Source: an uncultured archaeon
GTDB taxonomy: Archaea; Iainarchaeota; Iainarchaeia; Iainarchaeales; Iainarchaeaceae
Length of the DNA stretch: 32,000 nt
Assembly (NCBI GenBank): GCA_964577555.1
Contig: CAZNZM010000001.1
Location: 117,278-149,277, forward strand
Reading direction: 5' to 3'
The stretch's first letter is position 1. Each line of letters opens with the position of its first letter. This document shows, one piece after another, positions 8,118 through 17,826 of the stretch. The translations under genes were made by a program, and so were the position numbers. Under the pieces are notes generated by a model, which ran no database searches, was not told the origin of the DNA, and worked only from the letters and a program-made list of their open reading frames with translations.

Positions 8118-10769
8118 TCAATTTTTTTTCTTTTTTTCCGTTTTTTCTTTTATAGATGCTTGCGCTGCAGACAACCTTGCAATTGGAACCCTATAAGGCG
8201 AACATGAAACATTATCAAGACCTATCAAGTGGCAAAATTCAATAGAGTTAGGGTCCCCGCCGTGTTCGCCGCAAATCCCTATATTTATTTTTTTATTAAC
8301 CGCTTTTGCGTTGTCAACACACATTTTCATTAGCACTCCTACTCCTTGGCGGTCAATTGAAACAAACGGATCTGTTTCAAAAATTCCTTTTTCCAAATAA
8401 TGCTTGATGAATTTGCCTGCATCATCCCTTGAAAACCCTAAGGTTGTTTGTGTAAGATCGTTTGTGCCAAATGAAAAAAACTCGGCTTCTTTAGCCAGCT
8501 CTGCAGAAACAATGCAGGCTCTCGGAACTTCAATCATTGTGCCTATTTTGTACTTTATTTTCCCTTCTACTCCGAGTTTTTTTGCTGTTTGTTTTATTAT
8601 TTCCTTTTGGTCCCTGAATTCATTTATATTACCCACTAATGGTATTTCTATTTCTGGTATTGCAATTACTCCTTCTTTGGCGACGTTAAGGGCTGCTTCA
8701 AATATTGCTGTGGCCTGCATTTCCGTGATTTCAGGATATGTTATGCCGAGTCTGCAGCCCCTATGACCAAGCATTGGATTGAATTCATGAAGCGATGAAG
8801 ATATTTCTTTTACTTTCTCAACAGTTATGCCCATTTCTTTTGCAAGTACCTTCATTTCGTCTTCCTCTTTCGGCAAAAACTCGTGCAAAGGGGGGTCAAG
8901 CAATCTTATTATAACAGGGAGGCCATCCATGGCTTTGAAAATTCCTTCAAAATCCTGTCTTTGAAATGGCAACAATTTAGAAAGAGCTTTTTTTCTTTCC
9001 GATTCCGTCGTAGCGAGTATCATTTCTCTTACAGACTTTATTCTTTCGCCTTCAAAAAACATGTGTTCTGTCCTGCAAAGACCTATTCCTTGGGCTCCAT
9101 AGTTTCTTGCGACAAGAGCATCTTTAGGGGTGTCAGCATTGGTTCTTATTTCAAGCTTCCTGAAAGAATCCGCCCACTCCATTAATTCTCCAAAAGAACC
9201 AGAAAGGCCTGGTTCAACCAATGGCAATTCTCCTTTGAAAACTTCTCCGGTTGCGCCATCAATAGAAATATAATCACCTTCCCTGAATTCCAAATTCTTT
9301 TTCGGAACCGCAAATTTTCTTTCTGACTCGTGAACCCTTATATCTTCACAACCCGCTACACAAGATTTGCCCATTCCCCTGGCAACAACAGCCGCATGGG
9401 AAGTCTTGCCGCCTCTTGCAGTGAGAAAACCTTGTGAAACATGCATGCCTTCTATATCTTCCGGACTGGTTTCGGTTCTGACTAAAATTACTTTTTCGCC
9501 ATAACCAGCTAATTCTGTTGCGCGTTCTGCGGTGAAAACAACTTTCCCAACAGCAGCACCGGGCGAAGCCGCTATTCCTTTTGCAATAGGCTCAGAGTTC
9601 TTTTTCGCGTCAGGATCAAGTTGTTTATGCAAAAGCTGGTCAAGTTGTTCTGGTTTTACACGTAAAATAGCTTCTTCTTTTGTTATCAGTTTTTCTTTAA
9701 CCATGTCAACAGCAATCTTTACTGCTGCATGCGCAGTTCTTTTACCGGTTCTTGTTTGAAGCAAGTAAAGTTTTCCGTTTTCAAAAGTGAATTCAAAATC
9801 CTGCATTTCACGGTAATGCTTTTCAAGTTTGTCATAAATCTTCAGCAATTCAGCATACATTTTTGGATGGGTTTTTTTCATTTCGTCAATTGGCATAGGC
9901 GTTCTTATGCCTGCAACAACGTCTTCGCCTTGCGCATTTACCAAAAACTCGCCATAATGCACTTTTTCCCCTGTTGATGGATCCCTCGTGAAAGCAACTC
10001 CTGTGCCAGAATTTTCCCCCATATTGCCAAAAACCATTGCTTGGACATTGACTGCTGTTCCGGCATCGTTTCTCAAATTATGTATCCTGCGATAGCTTAC
10101 TGCCCTGTTTGACATCCACGAACCAAAAACAGCATTAATTCCCATTTCCAACTGCTTCATAGGTTCCGATGGAAAACCGATTTTCTTTTCTTTCAAAACT
10201 ATTTCCTTATAAGTAGCCACCAACTCCTTAAGGTCTTCAGTAGACAAATCAGTATCAAACTTAACTCCTTTTCTTTCTTTTAATTCGTGAAGCGCCTTTT
10301 CAAATTTAGCGTGCTCTATGCCCATTACAACATCGCCAAACATTTGTATAAACCGCCTGTAAGAATCCCAAGCAGCTCTTTCGTTTTTTGTTTGCTTTGC
10401 AAAAGCAATTACTGTTTCGTCGTTCATCCCGAGATTTAACACAGTATCCATCATGCCGGGCATTGAAACATAAGAACCGGAACGCACCGAAACAAACAAA
10501 GGCTTTTTTTTATCCCCGAATTTTTTCCCGGTTTTCTTTTCCAATCTTTTCATCGCCTTGGCTATTTCTTCAGCAAGCCCTTTTGGCCATTTTTTATTGT
10601 GTTTATAAAATTCCTTGCAAGCTTCAGTGGTTATGGTAAATCCGTAGGGCACTTTAAGTCCCGCATTAGTCATTTCAGCAAGCTGTGCCCCCTTGTTTCC
10701 CAAAAGAAATTGCGATTCTTCAGTATTAGGATTTTTTGATTCGTCAAACATGTACACGTACTTTGCCAT
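8118..10769 (-). CDS. ppdK: Pyruvate, phosphate dikinase
   Basis: N-terminal GNKGAQLAEM, phosphohistidine region GGKTSHAAVVARGMG, C-terminal PEP/pyruvate domain GTNDLTQ and ICGEHGGDP. ATG at 10769 is preceded by GAGGTGG. ~883 aa. Confidence 0.95.
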   Translation of the reverse strand: MAKYVYMFDESKNPNTEESQFLLGNKGAQLAEMTNAGLKVPYGFTITTEACKEFYKHNKKWPKGLAEEIAKAMKRLEKKTGKKFGDKKKPLFVSVRSGSYVSMPGMMDTVLNLGMNDETVIAFAKQTKNERAAWDSYRRFIQMFGDVVMGIEHAKFEKALHELKERKGVKFDTDLSTEDLKELVATYKEIVLKEKKIGFPSEPMKQLEMGINAVFGSWMSNRAVSYRRIHNLRNDAGTAVNVQAMVFGNMGENSGTGVAFTRDPSTGEKVHYGEFLVNAQGEDVVAGIRTPMPIDEMKKTHPKMYAELLKIYDKLEKHYREMQDFEFTFENGKLYLLQTRTGKRTAHAAVKIAVDMVKEKLITKEEAILRVKPEQLDQLLHKQLDPDAKKNSEPIAKGIAASPGAAVGKVVFTAERATELAGYGEKVILVRTETSPEDIEGMHVSQGFLTARGGKTSHAAVVARGMGKSCVAGCEDIRVHESERKFAVPKKNLEFREGDYISIDGATGEVFKGELPLVEPGLSGSFGELMEWADSFRKLEIRTNADTPKDALVARNYGAQGIGLCRTEHMFFEGERIKSVREMILATTESERKKALSKLLPFQRQDFEGIFKAMDGLPVIIRLLDPPLHEFLPKEEDEMKVLAKEMGITVEKVKEISSSLHEFNPMLGHRGCRLGITYPEITEMQATAIFEAALNVAKEGVIAIPEIEIPLVGNINEFRDQKEIIKQTAKKLGVEGKIKYKIGTMIEVPRACIVSAELAKEAEFFSFGTNDLTQTTLGFSRDDAGKFIKHYLEKGIFETDPFVSIDRQGVGVLMKMCVDNAKAVNKKINIGICGEHGGDPNSIEFCHLIGLDNVSCSPYRVPIARLSAAQASIKEKTEKKKKN

Positions 10770-10849
10770 CAAGCCACCTCTATGAAAACATATTATTTAC
10801 AACACTAAAAAAGAATTTAAAAGGAAAGCAAGCCAAAAAAAATGGCGAT

Positions 10850-11581
10850 TTACAAATTGGTTTGCCTGGACGTAACAATTTTTGTTGATATTCCTACAAT
10901 TAAGAGTTTATCATTGTCTCTTTTAATAGTAAATTTTGTAAAAAAGTAAGGGTTTTGTTCAGGGTAAGGCAAACTGAAAACAAGTATTTGAGATTTTATT
11001 TTTTCAAAATAAGGCAATAATTCTTTTGCCAAATCTTGCGGCAATTTAGGATTTGAGGAAAGACTATATGTTAAGTCTCTAAATTTACTAAATAAACTGG
11101 AAGGCAAGTTAATAATCTTTGAAGGATCTTTTACATGAGGATTTCCAGAACTCCAAATAACTATTTCATAATCTTGTATTACATAGTTGTCAGGACCTTG
11201 CCCCGTCTTTTTAACATATATTATTATTTTGGCATTTCCACCGTTAAATTTTCTGTCAGAGTATATTTTCGCAACCGTACCAACAGGATGCTTACGAAGA
11301 TTCTCATACACAAATTTTTCAAATTCTGGGGAGCGAAAATACTCTGCAAATAAGGCAGAATTTCTAACGAGCTTGTTAGGATGTTTACTGCCTTTGACAG
11401 CAAATTTTTCAAGATAATTGATTTTTTCACTAGGCGGATGAAATTTTGCAAAAACTGTTTTACCAGGCCATTTTAAAGATAGAACTTTTTGTGGGTTTTT
11501 TTTGACTTTTGGCTCATTTCGTGGCCTAAAAAGTCTAGGAATAATTGAAGGCTTAATTGGTTTTCTGGCTTTGGGCAACAT
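10850..11581 (-). CDS. Hypothetical protein with basic N-terminus (243 aa)
   Basis: A long ORF with ordinary composition. No motif recognised. Possible distant paralogue of the 22709-23437 product (NGGNAKIIIYVKKTG...KDPS vs NGARIIVIRSVQRVG...KDPT). Confidence 0.6.
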   Translation of the reverse strand: MLPKARKPIKPSIIPRLFRPRNEPKVKKNPQKVLSLKWPGKTVFAKFHPPSEKINYLEKFAVKGSKHPNKLVRNSALFAEYFRSPEFEKFVYENLRKHPVGTVAKIYSDRKFNGGNAKIIIYVKKTGQGPDNYVIQDYEIVIWSSGNPHVKDPSKIINLPSSLFSKFRDLTYSLSSNPKLPQDLAKELLPYFEKIKSQILVFSLPYPEQNPYFFTKFTIKRDNDKLLIVGISTKIVTSRQTNL

Positions 11582-11619
11582 TCAGATTATAAAATTCCGC
11601 CAAAAATAAAAATAAATAG

Positions 11620-11830
11620 CATTTTGTCTTTTCTTGGCTAGCCATTTTTTGAGATGATTGGCAGACTGTTTTTCAAGCCAAATTTTGTTTTAGCTAACCG
11701 TTTTTTTGAGGGTTTTTTAGGAAATTTGTTTTATTTTTTAGTTTTTTGGGTTTATTTTTGCAAGCCAATTTAGGCAATTTTATTTTTTAAATTCAAATTG
11801 TTTTTTGCTATGGTTTCTTGATTTTTTTAA
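11620..11830 (-). repeat. A-run/GC-island repeat region, copy D (inverted: T-rich on + strand)
   Basis: The reverse complement of 11751-11768 is TTGGCTTGCAAAAATAAA, identical to 20371-20388. Contains T-runs separated by GCAAGCC, GGCTAGCC and AGCTAACCG islands. Lies in a divergent intergenic spacer. Confidence 0.7.
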
Positions 11831-11881
11831 TTTACAACAAACGATAAACCTATTTAATTATAAGCAAATGAATTTTATTTG

Positions 11882-12640
11882 ATGAAGATTTTTATAACTG
11901 GACGAAGGCAAAACTCAATAGCTTACGAAACCGGTTTAAGGGCAATCAATTTTATCAAATCAAAAAACCTAGACTTTGAAATTGACAAAAAATTTATCAA
12001 CATAAAGGGAAAGTCAAAGAATAATTTTGGAAATTCTGCTGACATAGTTGTTTGTTTTGGCGGGGATGGAACGCTTCTTTCGACTTTCCACTCTTTGAAA
12101 AAAGAAATTCCAGTAATTGGAATAAATTGCGGAAGCAAGGGTTTTCTGCAAGCCTATCAAAAAGACGAAATTGAAAAGGCAATTGAAGATATTATTTCAA
12201 AAAATATAAAATTTGAAAAAAGAACAAGAATATTAGCAAAAATAGACGGCAAAATAGTTGGAGAAGCTTTGAATGAAGTATTAATTGTTCCTGAAAAATC
12301 CGGAAGGCTTTTGCATTACACTATTGAAATTGGAAAATATTTGTCAAACGAGGCTGGCGACGGACTTATAATAGCAACTCCCACAGGTTCCACTGCACAT
12401 GCTCTTTCTGCCGGCGGGCCTATAGTAAAAGGCAACGCATCGGTTTTTGTAGTGGTTCCAATAAACCCTGTTGATTGGAAGCACAGACCTCTTGTAATAA
12501 ATGACCATGAAAAAATTGTTATTGCTGGGTTTGAAAAAATGAAAGCAGAAGCGGTAATTGATGGACAAAAATGGTTCAAAATAAAAAACAAAATAGAGCT
12601 TGAAAAAGGGAAACATGTTTTGTTAGGAACAAAGAACTGA
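11882..12640 (+). CDS. nadK: NAD kinase
   Basis: GGDGTLL motif, NEVLI, DGLIIATPTGSTAHALSAGGPIV. ATG at 11882; the ORF track starts one codon earlier at a TTG. Confidence 0.9.
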   Translation: MKIFITGRRQNSIAYETGLRAINFIKSKNLDFEIDKKFINIKGKSKNNFGNSADIVVCFGGDGTLLSTFHSLKKEIPVIGINCGSKGFLQAYQKDEIEKAIEDIISKNIKFEKRTRILAKIDGKIVGEALNEVLIVPEKSGRLLHYTIEIGKYLSNEAGDGLIIATPTGSTAHALSAGGPIVKGNASVFVVVPINPVDWKHRPLVINDHEKIVIAGFEKMKAEAVIDGQKWFKIKNKIELEKGKHVLLGTKN

Positions 12641-12706
12641 TTTACGACAATTGTCAATTTTTAGCTTGACAAAAGACGAAAGATTTTTATATTGGCACGC
12701 CACACA

Positions 12707-12922
12707 ATGGTTTTAATGATTGATGAAAAGACTAAAGAATTGCTCAAAACGGGAAAAGCAAAAATGGAAGCCAGATTGAAAATAGTAAAAGAATATTTTA
12801 CTGGCAAAAGCATCAAAAGCAAATCAAAGTCCTCGGATTTGTTGAAAGCTGGTTTTGCAAAGAAAAAAACAAGAACAAAAGTGGTTGAAGAATACTTGAA
12901 AAAATTAAATCAACCATTTTAA
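12707..12922 (+). CDS. Small Lys-rich hypothetical protein (~70 aa)
   Basis: ORF 12692-12922. ATG codons at 12707 and 12716. A TATA-like TTTTTATATT at 12684-12693 would fit a leaderless start near 12716. No recognisable domain. Confidence 0.4.
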   Translation: MVLMIDEKTKELLKTGKAKMEARLKIVKEYFTGKSIKSKSKSSDLLKAGFAKKKTRTKVVEEYLKKLNQPF

Positions 12923-12949
12923 GTTTTAGAACAGGATTGGTGTTCCAAA

Positions 12950-14260
12950 GTGAAAAACTCAAAAATAGAAAAATTTTATGAAAAAAACCTACAAGAAAGA
13001 CTTGAAATTGTAAAAAATTTTGGGGAACTGTCAAACGAGGAAATGCAAATTCTTGAAAAATTCGGGGCATTGGATTTTGAAACAGCAAACCGAATGATTG
13101 AAAATGTATATTCCACATTCCCAATGCCACTTGGAATTGCAACAAACTTTGAAATAAACGGAAAATCATATTTAATACCTTTTGCGTTGGAAGAACCAAG
13201 CGTTGTTGCGGCGGCAAGCAACGCGGCAAAACTAAGTTCAGGCTTCACTGCCAAGGCAACAGAGCCGATAATGATAGGGCAAATACAAATAGTAAATGTA
13301 AAAAACACGAAAGAGACAATAAAAAAAATTCTTGAAAAAGAAAAAGAACTGCTTGAAAAAGCCAATGCAATAGATTCAACTCTTGTAAAATTCGGCGGCG
13401 GCGCAAAAAAAATAGAAGCAAGGGAAATAGAGACACAAAGAGGAAAAATGATTATAATGCATTTGCTTGTTGATGTCAGGGATGCAATGGGAGCCAATGC
13501 CGTCAATACAATGTGTGAAAGAATCTCCCCAGAAGTTGAAAAAATTACAGGCGGAGAAGCCAGGCTTAGAATAATCAGCAACCTTGCAATACACAGAATT
13601 GTCGAAGCTAAAGCTATTTGGACTAAAGAAAGTCTTGGCAACGACTTTGCAAAAAAAAATGGAATAAAAAACCCGAACCAAAAAGATATTGAAAAATTAG
13701 GGTTTGAAACAATTGAAAAAATACTTGACGCATATGAATTTGCAGCTAATGATGAATTCAGGGCTTGTACCCATAACAAAGGAATAATGAATGGTGTTGA
13801 TGCTGTCGTAATTGCGACAGGAAACGACTTCAGGGCTGTTGAAGCAGGAGCTCACGCATATGCAAGTAGAAGCGGGAAATATAAGCCTTTGACAAAATAC
13901 TATAAAAACAAAGACGGAAATCTTGTAGGTGAAATAGAATTGCCAATGGCTGTTGGTTTGGTTGGCGGAGCAACAAAAACACACCCGATAGCAAAAATCA
14001 ATGTAAAATTGTTAGGAGTGAAAACCGCTTCAGAACTAGCTGAAATAATCGCTTCTGTAGGGCTTGCCCAAAACTTTGCCGCTTTGAAAGCCCTTGCAAC
14101 AGAAGGAATTCAAAAAGGACACATGAAATTGCATGCAAAAAACATAGCCATAATCGCCGGGGCTGATAAAAAGCAAATTGACGAAGTTGCAGCAACCATG
14201 ATAAAAGAAGGAAATATAAGTGTTGCAAGAGCAAAAGAAATAATAGGAGTGAAAAAATGA
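12950..14260 (+). CDS. hmgA: HMG-CoA reductase, class II (bacterial-type)
   Basis: Class II signature ALEEPSVVAAASNAAK (class I has TTEGCLVAS here), DAMGANAVNTMCE, THNKGIMNGVDAVVIATGND. GTG start with GGTG 8 nt upstream. 436 aa. Confidence 0.9.
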   Translation: MKNSKIEKFYEKNLQERLEIVKNFGELSNEEMQILEKFGALDFETANRMIENVYSTFPMPLGIATNFEINGKSYLIPFALEEPSVVAAASNAAKLSSGFTAKATEPIMIGQIQIVNVKNTKETIKKILEKEKELLEKANAIDSTLVKFGGGAKKIEAREIETQRGKMIIMHLLVDVRDAMGANAVNTMCERISPEVEKITGGEARLRIISNLAIHRIVEAKAIWTKESLGNDFAKKNGIKNPNQKDIEKLGFETIEKILDAYEFAANDEFRACTHNKGIMNGVDAVVIATGNDFRAVEAGAHAYASRSGKYKPLTKYYKNKDGNLVGEIELPMAVGLVGGATKTHPIAKINVKLLGVKTASELAEIIASVGLAQNFAALKALATEGIQKGHMKLHAKNIAIIAGADKKQIDEVAATMIKEGNISVARAKEIIGVKK

Positions 14261-15306
14261 TGCCTGGAATTGTTGGTTATGGTTTTTATTGCCCGAAAAA
14301 AAGAATCACCGCAGAAGAAATTGCAAGGGTTTGGAACAAAGATGGTAAAAAAATTTCTGCAGGACTTGGCATAAAAGAAAAAGCAGTGGCGGCATGGGAT
14401 GAAGATACTTCAACAATTTCGGTTGAAGCGGCAAGGCTTGCGCTTGAAGTGGCAAATATTAACCCCAAAGAAATTGACGCTATTTACGTTGGCTCAGAAT
14501 CACACCCATACGCAGTAAAACCGACAGCATCAATAGTAGGCGAAGCCCTGAATGTAGGACAAGATTATATGTGTGCAGACTTGGAATTTGCATGCAAAGC
14601 CGGAACAGCAGGATTGCAAATAGTATATGGGTTTGCAAAAGCGGGTTTGATAAGATACGGCTTGGCAATCGGGGCGGACACCGCACAAGGAAGGCCCGGA
14701 GATGCTTTGGAATTCACCGCAGGCTCTGGAGGAGCTGCTTTTATTGTTGGGACAAAACCAACCGAAATAATTGCTGAAATAAACGATACCTACTCATTTA
14801 CAACAGACACGCCGGATTTTTGGAGACGACAACACGCTGAATTCCCAAGGCATGCTGGAAGATTCACCGGAGAACCGGCATATTTCAAGCATGTAATTAA
14901 TGCAGCAAAAAAAATGATGGAAAAAGCAAGAATGGGTCCAAAAGACTTTACACACGTTGTTTTTCACCAACCAAACGGCAAATTTCCAGTAAGGGCGGCA
15001 AAAATACTTGGATTCAATGAAGAGCAAATAAAACAAGGATTAATCACTCCCTATATAGGAAACACGTATTCTGGTTCATCAATGATTGGACTGGCTTCGG
15101 TGCTTGACGTCGCAAAACCTGATGACAAAATATTAGTGACAAGCTACGGATCTGGCTCTGGAAGCGACGCATTCATAATGACAATAACAAAAAACATAGA
15201 GAAAAAAAGGGCAAAAGTACCGGTGCTAAAAGCAATTGAAGAAAAAGAATACATAGACTATGCACAATACATAATACATAGAAAAAAAATCAAGGGGATG
15301 GAATAA
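14257..15306 (+). CDS. hmgB: HMG-CoA synthase, archaeal type
   Basis: 349 aa. Active-site Cys context LEFACKAGTAG, GSESHPYAVKPTA, HQPNGKFP. ATG overlaps the hmgA stop (ATGA). Confidence 0.85.
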   Translation: MMPGIVGYGFYCPKKRITAEEIARVWNKDGKKISAGLGIKEKAVAAWDEDTSTISVEAARLALEVANINPKEIDAIYVGSESHPYAVKPTASIVGEALNVGQDYMCADLEFACKAGTAGLQIVYGFAKAGLIRYGLAIGADTAQGRPGDALEFTAGSGGAAFIVGTKPTEIIAEINDTYSFTTDTPDFWRRQHAEFPRHAGRFTGEPAYFKHVINAAKKMMEKARMGPKDFTHVVFHQPNGKFPVRAAKILGFNEEQIKQGLITPYIGNTYSGSSMIGLASVLDVAKPDDKILVTSYGSGSGSDAFIMTITKNIEKKRAKVPVLKAIEEKEYIDYAQYIIHRKKIKGME

Positions 15307-16470
15307 ATGAGAAGCGTTTCAATTGTAGGGGTTGGATTGACAGAATTCGGCGAACACTGGGAAAAAAATTTTAAGGAGTTAGTAGCCGAAGCAGGAATAA
15401 AAGCAATTGAAGATTCAGGACTTCACAGAAAGGACATACAAGCTGTTTACGGGGGATGCATGGCTTCAGGCAGATTCATCGGACAAGAACACATTGGAGC
15501 ACTTATAGCAGACCAACTCGGACTAAATCCGATAGCTTCAACAAGAGTTGAAGCGGCATGCGCTTCCGGTGGAGTAGCATTGAGAAACGGATATTTGGCT
15601 GTTGCATCAGGAATTTACGATGTAATAGCGGTTGGCGGAGTAGAAAAAATGACAGAAGTAAGCACTGAAGATGCTGGATTTGCACTTGGAGGCGCTGGAG
15701 ACCAAGAAACTGAACTATTCATGGGAGCAAGCTTTCCAGCACTATACGCTCTAATGGCAAGAGCACACATGCACAAATTCGGAACTACAGAAGAACAACT
15801 TGCTGCAGTTGCGGTAAAGAACCACAAAAATGCAGAAAACAACCCATATGCACAATTCAGAAAAGCGATAACAATTGAAGAAGTCATGAATTCAGGCTAT
15901 GTCGCATCGCCATTGAAATTGCTTGATTGCTCGCCAATAACAGACGGAGCGGCAGCAGTAATAATGTGCTCCACAGAATACGCAAAAAAAATGAAGTTGG
16001 ACAAAGCAGTGGAAATAATTGCATCAACACAAACATCAGATACACTTGCTTTAGCCTCAAGAAAAAACTTATACGAAATACCTGCAGCAAAACTGGCGGC
16101 AGAACAAGCTTACAAACAAGCAGGAATAACAGCAAAAGACATTGACTTTGCTGAAGTACATGATTGCTTTACAATAGCTGAAATAATGGCTATAGAAGCA
16201 CTTGGTTTTTGCAAATTGGGAGAAGGAGGAAAATTCACAGAACAAGGTAACACACAAATTGACGGACAAATCCCGATAAACACTTCAGGGGGGTTAAAAG
16301 GAAAGGGACATCCGGTAGGTGCAACCGGAGTTGCACAAGCAATAGAAGCATACTTGCAATTAAACAACATGGCTGGAAAAAGACAAGTAAAAGGAGTAGA
16401 AATAGGACTTACACATAACGTTGGCGGTTCCGGAGCCACTGCAACAATCCACATATTCAGGAAGGCATAA
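15307..16470 (+). CDS. Acetoacetyl-CoA thiolase (acetyl-CoA C-acetyltransferase), archaeal type
   Basis: VEAACASGGVAL active-site Cys, GGLKGKGHPVGATG, NVGGSGATA. Starts immediately after the hmgB stop. Confidence 0.85.
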   Translation: MRSVSIVGVGLTEFGEHWEKNFKELVAEAGIKAIEDSGLHRKDIQAVYGGCMASGRFIGQEHIGALIADQLGLNPIASTRVEAACASGGVALRNGYLAVASGIYDVIAVGGVEKMTEVSTEDAGFALGGAGDQETELFMGASFPALYALMARAHMHKFGTTEEQLAAVAVKNHKNAENNPYAQFRKAITIEEVMNSGYVASPLKLLDCSPITDGAAAVIMCSTEYAKKMKLDKAVEIIASTQTSDTLALASRKNLYEIPAAKLAAEQAYKQAGITAKDIDFAEVHDCFTIAEIMAIEALGFCKLGEGGKFTEQGNTQIDGQIPINTSGGLKGKGHPVGATGVAQAIEAYLQLNNMAGKRQVKGVEIGLTHNVGGSGATATIHIFRKA

Positions 16471-16472
16471 AC

Positions 16473-16886
16473 ATGGTTCAAGGAGCATTACCATTGCATT
16501 GGAGAAAATACCCTGAAAGATACAGATTAGAAGGCAATATCAACGTTGAAACAGGACAAGAATTCTTCCCAGCAAGAGTAATAGATCCACTAACAGGCAG
16601 AAAAAGCAAGTTAGAACCAAAAGAAATGCCAAGATATGGAAAAATAATTTCATGGACAAGAGTATTCGTGGGCCCAGCAGGCTTTGAAAACGAAACACCA
16701 TACTATTTGGCAATAGTTGAACTTGAAAACGGAATAAGAATACTAACACAAATAGTTGATTCAGAACCACAAAAAGTTAAAATAGGAGCAAAAGTAAAAA
16801 AAGTATTCAGAAAAATATCTGACACAGAAACCGAAGGCGCAATAGCATACGGATATAAATTTAAAGTCATAGAACAAAAAAATTAA
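16473..16886 (+). CDS. DUF35 OB-fold protein (scaffold of the archaeal thiolase/HMG-CoA synthase complex), with degenerate zinc ribbon
   Basis: Sits directly after the thiolase gene. OB-fold-like C-terminal part (GKIISWTRV, YYLAIVELENGIRILTQI, KIGAKVKKVF). The protein contains no Cys at all. Confidence 0.75.
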   Translation: MVQGALPLHWRKYPERYRLEGNINVETGQEFFPARVIDPLTGRKSKLEPKEMPRYGKIISWTRVFVGPAGFENETPYYLAIVELENGIRILTQIVDSEPQKVKIGAKVKKVFRKISDTETEGAIAYGYKFKVIEQKN

Positions 16887-16890
16887 GATA

Positions 16891-17826
16891 ATGAAATCAA
16901 TCGGCATAGGCTATGGCAAAGCAATAATTTTTGGAGAACATTTTGTAGTATATGGGTTGCCTGGAATTGCATCTTCAATAAACCTAATTACAAAATGCAC
17001 TTTCGAAAAAAACGACAACGGAATAATTTCAAATGACCTTGTAACAGGAGAAACAGTGATTTATGGACAAGCAACATACAAAAACCTTGACAAAGTAATA
17101 GGAACAATACTAAAAGAAACAGGAATAAAAGAAAGAAATTTCAGGCTTGATTTGGAAACAAACATGAGCCTTAAAGGGGGAATGGGGAGTTCGGCAGCAT
17201 TATGCGTATCAATTGCAAAATGCCTTAACAAACAATTTTCCCTCAAACTAAATAAAGAAGACATAAACAAAATTTCTTTTGAAGCAGAAAAAGTATTCCA
17301 TAAAACGCCAAGCGGCATAGACAACACGGTTTCATGCTATGGCGGAACCATCTGGTTTGTAAAAGCAAAAACACAAAACATAATTGAAAGGTTGAAGTGC
17401 AAACCCGTTGAAATTGTAATGGCTGACACAGGAAAATCACACAACACCGCTGAAATAGTAGAAATGGTTAGAAAACAAAAAGAAAAAGAACCTGAAAAAT
17501 ACAAAAAAATATTCGAAGAATATGAGAGGCTCGTTTATAAAGGAAGAAAAGCTCTTGAAGAAGAAAACTGGCAAACAGTGGGAAAACTTATGAATAAAAA
17601 CCATGAATTGCTAAAACAAATAAACGTAAGCTGTGAAGAAAACGATTTAATAAAAGAAATATCAATAAAAGCCGGGGCTTTGGGGGCAAAATTGACCGGT
17701 GCAGGCCTAGGAGGAAACAATATTGCATTGACTCCTGGAAAAGCATTACAAGAAAAAGTGGCAAAAGCAATAGAAAAAAAAGGATTCAAAACATATAAAT
17801 TAAAAATCGGGGTGAAGCCGAAATGA
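16891..17826 (+). CDS. mvk: Mevalonate kinase
   Basis: GKAIIFGEHFVVYG N-terminal motif, GHMP-kinase motif GGMGSSAA, KLTGAGLGG. Confidence 0.9.
   Translation: MKSIGIGYGKAIIFGEHFVVYGLPGIASSINLITKCTFEKNDNGIISNDLVTGETVIYGQATYKNLDKVIGTILKETGIKERNFRLDLETNMSLKGGMGSSAALCVSIAKCLNKQFSLKLNKEDINKISFEAEKVFHKTPSGIDNTVSCYGGTIWFVKAKTQNIIERLKCKPVEIVMADTGKSHNTAEIVEMVRKQKEKEPEKYKKIFEEYERLVYKGRKALEEENWQTVGKLMNKNHELLKQINVSCEENDLIKEISIKAGALGAKLTGAGLGGNNIALTPGKALQEKVAKAIEKKGFKTYKLKIGVKPK

Noticed and set aside
12976-13779. 267-aa minus-strand ORF antisense to HMG-CoA reductase. Many other antisense ORFs lie inside ppdK, the KaiC-like genes, the thiolase gene and others.
   Set aside because: These are shadow ORFs opposite strongly supported genes. 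They have S/F/I/L-rich low-complexity composition and no motifs.
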